From the human T2T-CHM13v2.0 reference genome, Homo sapiens: a DNA stretch of 64,000 bases. Positions 55,096 through 64,000 of this stretch are shown in pieces. Each line of letters opens with the position of its first letter. Position 1 is the stretch's first letter. The notes beneath the pieces are model-generated. The model worked only from the letters and a program-made list of their open reading frames with translations. It made no database searches and was not told the DNA's origin. The translations under genes and the position numbers were made by a program. The DNA lies in the NCBI RefSeq assembly GCF_009914755.1, contig NC_060947.1. The stretch is one strand, 5' to 3'.

Positions 55096-55115
55096 GCGTT
55101 ACAGGTGAACTGTAA
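55096..55115 (+). CDS. GRIA3: Terminal coding exon of the short GRIA3 isoform, (G)VTGEL*
   Basis: Acceptor tttttacctttcctgttcaag|GC GTT ACA GGT GAA CTG TAA. Total CDS is 109+159+147+20 = 435 nt = 144 aa plus stop. Confidence 0.72.
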
Positions 55116-55290
55116 GATGAGAACAAGATCACAAGTCAGCACTACCTCCTCCCTTCTTGAGTTCTCAACTGAGTGAGCATCATGGAGGGAGAAGAAAGAA
55201 AGAAGTTCAGCCTGGGTGTGTGAAGCTGTAAAGTTGCAGGTTGAACCCAAACCCATTTTGGAGACAGAAGAAACTACCCTCTGGAGATAA

Positions 55291-55410
55291 AATAAAAAGA
55301 TGAAGCTGAGATGGGACAGGATCAAAGTTGATGAAATATCAAGAGAGGTTAATAAAGGAACATTAATTTATTCCTCAAATCCTGTGTTCAGTTGTGTGGG
55401 TGTATTTTTG
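55291..55410 (+). terminator. Intronic polyadenylation site of the short isoform
   Basis: AATAAA at 55291-55296 and 55351-55356, followed by a GU/U-rich element (tgtgttcagttgtgtgggtgtatttttg, ~55383-55410). Confidence 0.65.
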
Positions 55411-57984
55411 GGAGTTGAGGGGAAAATGGAAATAGATATGATAAAGAATTAACTTTTCTTAATGCACTTCCAGTTGATTATTATTATGAATGTCAGCTTT
55501 GACCTGGAAATCCCATAGCTCATCTTACACAGGTTGCCTAAAGATAATTTCTCTTCTTAGGCTTTTCTGAGTAAGAAGCCCTCAGTCTTTGGTGGAAAAA
55601 CCTCAGTAATTAATTGGAAACATGCATGAACATAAAATGGCTTAAGAGTTTAGTGGATCAGGTAAGGAAGTCAAGAGATGGAGATGATCCCTAAAGGTGT
55701 GTACCAGGTCCAGTGTAAGGGAGGGTGAGAGAGATGGTGACTTGCAGTGGTTGGCGGCACTTTACTGGGAGCATCGGGTAGAAAATCTAATACATAATAA
55801 GGTAGGTCAGGCTGATAGCATTACTATATCCACTTTACAGTTTAAAGAAACAGGCTCGAAGGAGTTAAAGTGTTTTTCCCAGTAAGTGGCTGGGGTGAGA
55901 CTCAAACCTTAGTCTAATCTTATGCTCCTTCCATGCAATATGCCGTCTCCATTCAACTAGCATTATAAGGGAATGAGTGGTTCTAAGCTAATTTTCCAGA
56001 TATTTGAAGCACATGTCTTTCAGCAGTGCAAGTGCTATTTTTATTTTAATCATTTTTGAAGAAAAAACTTTCTACAATGCATCAAACACCTCCACACCTT
56101 ATTATGCAGAAGATACAGATTACTGTGCTTTTAATTTTCTGTCTATTTCCATAGCCTTCTATCTCTTTTCCCACTGTAGCTGACAATGTTCAGTACTTCC
56201 TAGGCTACTGAAGATAGACAGCATATTAGAAATGAAGCACTCCTAAAAGTAGATATACTAAAATGTGACAGCTGACAATAAGTGAACACCATGCAGAATC
56301 ACCAACTACAAAAGCACAACAGTCTGGGATTAATTCAGGTAGGGGCAAATAGACCTAAGAGGCCAAGTAACCGCATGGACAACGAACTCAGTACCGGAGC
56401 TGGAGTTGCCAGTAAAGACCCTGAATCATCCATAGAAAATTGAATTCTGTTCATTCTTCTGCACTGGTATACTGTGGGGAAGGGGTGATATATGAGGTCC
56501 ATCCCAGCTGGGAGGAGTATTTTTTCACTGATATTTAGAAATGCCTGTGCATATGATAATAAAAAAGCAAGTAGACAGTTTATTACTGTCTTTAAATTCT
56601 CTACACACTACCCTCTTATTGTTTGCACCCCAGACAGACCACTCCTACTGCTCCTGCGTTGGTATGCCAGTGCTTTACTGTGTTTAAAAAGATGGTCGTG
56701 GGGGAGGGTTTCCACTTTAGAAAGATATCCACTATCTCAAATGGCTCAAGATTTGGTATGTCTAAAGGGGTAAATGTTTACTGATCTGGAAAACATAACT
56801 CATGTAAGAAGCATGGCAAATTATTGTGTGTTTAGCCTGTCACTTCTCTTTCCTTGTTCCACCTGTAATTTCAAAGGAAAAAAAATAACACTACAAGCAA
56901 ATCCTCCATAGAATGCCATCCTATTGGCCTGCTGCAAGTACTTGGATCTTTTCAAATTCCAATCAGAATGGGCCGTGCTTTGCCTTCTCCATCTCTGTCT
57001 CCTCTGACCCGGCAAAGTTTCCCATCTTTTATCCTGTCACTTAGCTAATGGTGTGTGTCCCTCTTGCATATATTCCATAGTCACCGGCTTCTTTCGCTAG
57101 TAGAGTCGTCAGCGAGATGCTCGGCAGATGGCTCACTGGCTGCCGTTCTTGTCCCCTCACTGCAGCAATCTGCTGTTCTAAATCAAAATGTTAATGAAAA
57201 ATAAAAGAACGCAGTGCCAATGTCTGTCTGATTTAAATTAATACAGAGTCATACCTTTGGAGGCAGGTTTTACTGGCACGAGGTTCTCCATACAGGCTAC
57301 CCATATTGTGTGTGGCTTTTTTTTTCCTCTCTAATTAAAATTAAGCACTTTCATTTATCTGAGTCTCTCTTGGTACCCCCAACCTGTTCTTTTTAATAAT
57401 AACAAAGACCTAACAAACAGTGGATTTTAGTGTTCCAGGGAATGGCATCTCACCTGGTGGAACATAATTTTGAGAGATATTATATGTGATGTCTAATTAT
57501 AAACATACTTTGATTGGATTCTGTTCTCAATACTGAAATGACACATTTACTAAATGCTTCAAGTGCAGCTCTAAGTTAGGCATGTAGTTATTGAAATCTC
57601 TTTCAATCCATTTGTTTTAAAACTGGTGGCAAAATCACTGCTAATTTGCTACTTTATTTACAAGGGCCCTTCACTTTCTATGTACTCAGCACAGTATTCA
57701 TTTCTGTTGCTGCAACAGGACTGCTCCCCTCTTTGGGGAAAATGTATGTGTCTGCAAGATTGACTATGCAAGACAAAATTTTAACTTCAATTTAGAGACG
57801 AAGGGACCACGGTGATGTTAACAGACATGGTGGAGGAAAATCACCTCAGTATTATAATTTGCAAAAAAAAAAAAAATCTATGAACCAAAAGAACAGCAGT
57901 TTCAACTGATTGCAGAAGACCACACCTTTCATTTTTTCTTCCTATGACTCCTTTGTAGATACTGCTAGGAATAGTATTGAGAAT

Positions 57985-58210
57985 AATGAGTTAACATAGT
58001 GCTTCTTACATACCAGGCATCCTTCTAAGTGATTTACATTTATTTATTGTTCCAGTCATCAAAATTCTGTGACTTAGGTCTATTTCACAGATAAGGATTC
58101 TGGGGCACAAAGAAGTTAAGTCACTTGCCCAGTCACATAACTGGTAAGTGACAGAGCCAGAGAAGAACACAGCCTGGCCCCAGAGCCTTCTCTTTTAACC
58201 ACTATACCAT
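57985..58210 (-). mobile_element. MIR SINE
   Basis: tttcacagataaggattctggggcacaaagaagttaagtcacttgccc...gtaagtgacagagcca. Confidence 0.75.
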
Positions 58211-59849
58211 TCTATAATGTGCTGAAAGGGCCACGAAATCCAGCCTACTTGAAAGTAAGCTACTGTTTCCTTTCAGATTCGGCAAAGGATATTCTCTTTG
58301 CTGAAACTGCTGTGTAAAAATCAGGTTTCTACTTCAGTGGGGCTTGGTCCTTGTTAAATGCATGTACTATTTGCATGTGTCACCACCATTAAGATTAAGG
58401 TGAGCCAGGTAAATTAAGCTGAAGCAGCAGGCAGGCAAGCAGGAGAAAAGCCTGGGTTTTCAGGTGGGAACTGGGGTGCTAGTCATTAGGTCAGTCATCT
58501 CAGGGCCACCTCACAGTTCTGACAAGAGAAGGCCAAAAGAGGTAAGGCCTACAAAGCCCACATTTGAACCAGCCAAGTATATAGGGACTCCCTCCTGGAA
58601 CACAACAGGTCAGGTCACCTGGCTTCAAACTCAGTACTTATTCCTACCTACAGGCAGGGCCAACACACAAACCAAACACTATTGAAGATCAGCCTTCCTC
58701 CTGCTGCTCAGAAGCCAGCTCAACTGGAAAAACAAACAATAGAAGATGATTATCTCTAATTAAATATATGCATCCCAGGATACATTTACTGGGGTATCAA
58801 GTTATTCAAAAGAAAAAGCCTCTAGTCGGAAGGGGCTAAGTAGAGAGGCAGTCATTTCCCTTGCTAAACCTCATTTTGGTGGTTGCATTTTTCTGGCCTT
58901 ACCAGGGACTAAATGAAAATATGAGATTTGAAAAGAATATTACCAGACAGCAGGATAGGTTACACAGAACCCTGGGCTGGGAGCCAGTTGTCCTGGGTTC
59001 CAGCCCCAACTCTGTTTCTAACAAACCATGCCTTCTCTGGGTTTCAGTTAGATCTTTTGTAAAATGAAAAGATCCTGTGAGGGCCTTTCTAACATTAAAT
59101 AATTTCTGATTTTAGCCACCTCCCCCAACCACCAGTTTTTAATGAAAGATGATTCTCCCTACAGAAACAAGGAAACTCAGAGGATAATTTGACCAAATGA
59201 AGCAAAGATTTGAGCTGTTTTGGGGTGTTTCCAAGGAGGCAACTCAAACCATTGAAGTCAGAAAGTAGATTTCTTTTTGGCCTGATCTCTCCCAGTTGAT
59301 ATCACTAGATAATTGCTCACCCCTCTGAGTCATCGAATCATAGGCTGATTGAATCTCTGGGATATAAAGGACCTTAAAGGTCATCTTTTCCCACCTACCC
59401 TCAGAGATGGACTCCCTTTCTCCAAACACAGCTAGTCTAAGTAGTGGGACATGTCTGTTTTATAAAGCTTGTGTATATACAGGTGCTGCTTACCTGGATG
59501 GATGTCACAGGTCATTGGACCCTTTGACTCCTATTTCCAAATAGCTCTCACTCCTGCTCACTGATACCAGAGCATATTTAACAGAGGGACTTTCATTCTC
59601 CACTGAAAACATATGATATAAATTCCCTTTGAAGAGGTGGCACTGTCTAAATTCATAATGCAATGCATGCAACTCTATAGCAGATCCTATCATGAGAGCA
59701 GATTTCAATAGGAAAGGTGCCCAAAGACATGGAATTCTTGAAGAGAGTGAAACAGGTTTCAGTGAGAGGTAAAAATTATATAGAATGGGAAGACAGCAAG
59801 GGTGGAGGCCCTAGAGTGATAGTCTAATAGAATGTGTAACAACCTGAAG

Positions 59850-60005
59850 TCAGACTTGGGTTTATAGCTCAACTCTGCCACGTAACTAACCATATTAGCT
59901 TGTACAAGTCTCAACCTCCCTGAATCTAAGTTTCCCAAACTGTAACACAGGGATAATAATATCTACTACATAAGGCTGTTGATAATTAAATGAGATAATT
60001 ATTCA
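59850..60005 (+). mobile_element. MIR SINE
   Basis: ctctgccacgtaacta...aacctccctgaatctaagtttcc...ggataataatatctac...ttaaatgagataat. Confidence 0.7.
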
Positions 60006-63000
60006 AAGGCATAATGACAGTATGCTTGATTTAAGTACATTTTCAGCCCCAAATCTACAATGTTGTCATAGTCTGATGGCCTTTGATGTGTTTGTTCTTG
60101 GTTATGCCTCTGCAACACTCGTGAATATGAATAATGTTGATGACCATGTCTGCAGCCACCAGTACAAATTTTAACTCTCTTACTCTTCTATGCAACTAAC
60201 TACACAACTGATTCTAGTACCAGCCAGGATATCAATTGTCAAGCAACTGAAATGCCCACCTAAACTTTGATCAAGATTTGCAAGCACAAAGAGATTAGCT
60301 CCATGCTCATAATTTCAGAGGAGCTCATATTTTCAAACCTGTTTCAATTTAGCCCAGTTAATAGGACTTCAAGGTAGTTTCCCTAATTAATTAGCTCCAA
60401 CCAGGAGTAAATATGTATGGTGGCTTTTTGAAAAATATTCCCAAGGTATATTTCAACCTTATTATGGGATAAAAAGGTTAACAAATGGGATGGTAAGGTT
60501 TCAGTACAAATTTCAGGTTGTGTGGGGGAGGTACTGAGTCCATATGCCTGTCAAAAATAATGACAGACAGATTACAGGTTGCCTCTGAACATACTGTTAG
60601 ATAGCCTTGAAGCCCCCGACTTCTACACTATTATTAGCTTAAATGCTGTCAAGCTTGGAGTTGGGTTTTACCGTGATTTTGTTTGTTTGTTTGTTTGTTG
60701 GTTGGTTGGTTTTTCTCTAGGAGGTGTTGTTGGTTTGGAGAGGCTCATCAACTCCATGATTTATTATTTTCTATCAGAGAAACATGAAAGTTTGGGGTCC
60801 AGCATTGTCTTCCTTTTCAAAAACATGCTCAAAGCTCCATATTAAAAAAAAAAAAAGTTTCAACCTGCTCCTTTTTTTTTTTTTTTGCCATCCTCCTTTT
60901 GCTTCCTAAATCCCCTAATCTGAGATTTGTGTGAGTTGCCTTTATTTCCTATCCCACATTCTGTTCCTAACTCCTACACTCTGTTTCTATTCTCACTAAT
61001 CTACCAACATTTCTCTTTTGAGTTCACCAGTGATCTTCTTGCCAAATCCAAGAGCTGTTTTTCAATTGTTTATCTTCCTCAATCTCTTTGGTGTATTTGA
61101 CACACTGGTTTTATCCACTCAAAGTATCTCTTGCCTTAGCTTCTGCTGACACTTCACTTTCTTGATTCTCCTCTGATTTTCCATCTAATTCCCTTTTTGC
61201 CTGTAACATTAGGCAAAAATGTTCTCCTTCTCCTTTCTGGGCATGAGTTTCTTCCTCAGTAAAATAAAGGGTTTAGACAGGGTAATATCCAATGTCCCTT
61301 TCATATAAAACATTCTATGGCTCTGAGGGTCAGTGAGTTATTTGACTTTAACATGTTATCATGTTTTTAATGTTGAAGGTTTTGTAGCTATTCCAGTCGA
61401 CTTTAGTGTTCCAGTAATTGATATAAGTGTCTGAACTTCATAAGGCTAGGCCTTTGCTGATTTATACATGTTTAATACATGCTTGCTTTTCTTCTTTATC
61501 TAAGACTATGCATATTCGAAATACCTAGATACTACACTGTTCCTTTCTTGAAAATAGATGTAAGGTACATTCTAGAAGAATATCCTGTTGCTTATTATTA
61601 ATACTAGTCTTTCAAAAATGTATTTGGATCAGAAATCCTTCATCTTGTTCCATTTAATTTGGATATTTAGAAAATGAAACAACAATCTTTTCAGCCAAGT
61701 GAAGGCATTATGACCAACCGTGAGAGCCAGAATTCACCAATGTCATCAACAAAGGGTCAAAAATAATATATTTGACAGCTTAATACTGAATTCATATGTT
61801 ACACAGAAATAGGTGGTAATGCTTTAGTGAACCCTTGTATATCTCTGAGAAACATAACATCACTTAAAGACACTCAAAAAAATGTAAAACAACACAATTT
61901 CTATTGATACTTCTTTTCCTTCACCCATATTTTAGGTGCTATACGTGATACTGCCAAGAGTTGCCTGAGACCCCAGGGCAAAAGACTGGCTATAAATACC
62001 TTACAAGTCATCCCCACAAATCCACCAAATAAGAAGTTTCCCTTCTCCTAATTAAAAGGCAGTAATGCAATTACTGATCCCAAGGGTATACAATAAATAT
62101 ATGTCAGTAATGAGAAGGTCAGAAAAAGTAAATTGTTAGTGTACAAAATAGAAAATGCCTGTCCCTGCTAAGGAAGCTAGTCAAGAGTGGGGATTAGGGT
62201 CCTTTAGCTGCTCCCAATGCAAGACACATAAAAAAGTAGCTGAGGTTTTGTTTTCTTATTTATCACCAAAGAATATATGAATTTGAAAGACCTTGCACAC
62301 AGGAGCTCTCTTGATCCATGGAACATAAACATGTCAGTGTCTTAACTAGCCATGATATACTATCATCTTCCTCTAACAACAGAAATTCAGTGACTTATGC
62401 AAAGTTGTAAGAGTCAGTGGCTGAGTCAACAGTCCCCAAAAATCTCTGTCAAAAATTCAAAACTTGTTAATTTATACAAAATATTACAATGACTGCCACT
62501 CTCGCTCTTTCTTCGTCTCCTTCTCCCTCTTCCTCTGCATTTCTCTCTCTCTCATACACACACATACTCCACCCTACCTAAGTGCTTCTCAAAGTCAACA
62601 TGATGGGCTAATTTTTATTGTACCGTATAGTATCGTTATTGAGCATGGACTAGAGCATTCAAATTAATAGACTTGGTATTCAAGTTATTAGAAACCACTA
62701 AATATGTCATATAAGGTTTACCAATTTTTAAGAGTTAGAATAAAATAAAATTTACTCATGACTAAAAATATATTGTGTATGAAGTTATCTTTCATTGATG
62801 ATTCAGCACTGCTCTGGAAAGACTTCACACAGTTAAGTAAAAGACACCATCTTTGGAATGACAGGACCATGAAAGTTTGTTCTAGGTAAAGCAACTGATC
62901 CTAAGGTCTCTGGGAAAAGAAACAACCTAGATTATTTCTCAAGTGAGTAAACATTGTCAGAATTGTTATATAAAATGCTAAAAAAAAAATCTTACCTTGA

Positions 63001-63454
63001 GATTGCAAACTCAAATATTCTTGACACCTTGCCTTCTATTTTCAAATCAGAAATCCCAACTTTCTGCCCTTAAAAGTAATATTGTGGTATCTCATTTTGT
63101 AGATCAGAATGTTTACTTCTCTAGAAGTATCTTCATCTTTTGGGCTTTTAAGATATTACCCTGAGAGGTCAAATTTACTATATGGCATTGTCACAACTTC
63201 AGGCTTAAATAGGTTCAACAAAATGCCAATTTATCTATCGAGAGCTCTAGGTGATATTGTGTGAATGACAAAGAGTTTGCTGTTGTGTGCCAAGAGTTAT
63301 ATTTAGGTTTCTGGCACAAATTAATAATTACTTATAACATTTTATAAAAACAAGAAATCATCTTGACAGCCTTTCATCCAAAGCAACATCAGTCGTTCTA
63401 TTAGTATTGGAGTTTTTGCAGTGACAAGGAGAAAATGATGGGTAATAATATCAG

Positions 63455-63594
63455 AAATAATAGCAAATGCTAGGCATTTGCTAAATGCTTTTACATATAT
63501 TATGTCACTTAAATCTTCAGCAAACCTATGACATAGGTACTATTGTTAGCTCCAATTTACAAACAAGGTCGCCAAGACCTAGAGAAGTGAGGGT
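63455..63594 (-). mobile_element. MIR SINE adjoining or interrupted by MER1
   Basis: ctaggcatttgctaaatgcttttacatatatt...ctatgacataggtactattg. Confidence 0.65.
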
Positions 63595-63602
63595 GTCCAC
63601 AG

Positions 63603-63931
63603 CAGGGGTCCCCAACCCCTGGTACCAGTTCATGACCTGTTAGGAACCAGGACACACAGCAGGTGAGCCATGAGCTTGCATTACTGCCTGAGCTCTGCCT
63701 CCTGTCAGATCAGTGGTGCCATTAGATTCCCATAGGAATGCAAACCCTATTGTGAACTGTGCATGTGAGGGATCTAGGTTGTGTGCTCCTTATGAGAATC
63801 TAACTAATGCCTGATGATCTGAGGTGGAATAGTTCCATCCTGAACTCCTCCCCAACCCCCGATGGACAGTCCATGGAAAAATTATCTTCCATGAAACCGG
63901 TCTCTGGTGCCAAAAAGGTTGAGAACTGCTG
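63603..63931. mobile_element. MER1B-like hAT-Charlie MITE
   Basis: TIRs caggggtccccaacc ... ggttgagaactgctg, internal ctcctgtcagatcagtgg, and 8-bp TSD gtccacag (63595-63602) / gtctacag (63932-63939). Confidence 0.9.
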
Positions 63932-64000
63932 GTCTACAGGATCTTTTGCTCAGACAAAATGACCTGGGTGTAGAATTGCATTGGTTGTTTCATATGACAG

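Larger units (their letters stand above)
36698..64000 (+). other. GRIA3: GRIA3 intron 2 of the full-length isoforms (continues past the window)
   Basis: I did not find the expected next GluA3 sequence (FCSQFSRGV...) in the window. Confidence 0.85.

Overview
Mammalian (human or great-ape) genomic DNA containing the 5' end of GRIA3 (AMPA receptor subunit GluA3, X-linked) on the + strand. About 34 kb of repeat-rich upstream sequence (nested L1, LTR, Alu, L2, MIR and hAT MITE elements) is followed by a CpG-rich promoter and purine-rich 5' UTR (~34.1-35.2 kb), coding exon 1 (35243-35351), coding exon 2 (36539-36697) and the first ~27 kb of the long intron 2. Within that intron I can assemble a 147-nt alternative exon (53332-53478) and a short terminal exon (from 55096) with poly(A) signals. 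Together they encode a 144-aa GluA3 isoform with a signal peptide but no transmembrane domain. Other notable items are a uORF ending 7 nt before the start codon, an L1PB with a twin-priming 5' inversion, a five-monomer Alu chain, and a cluster of hairpins and inverted repeats at 42.5-43.1 kb. Repeat subfamily names come from recalled consensus sequences and their boundaries are approximate. No database search was run.
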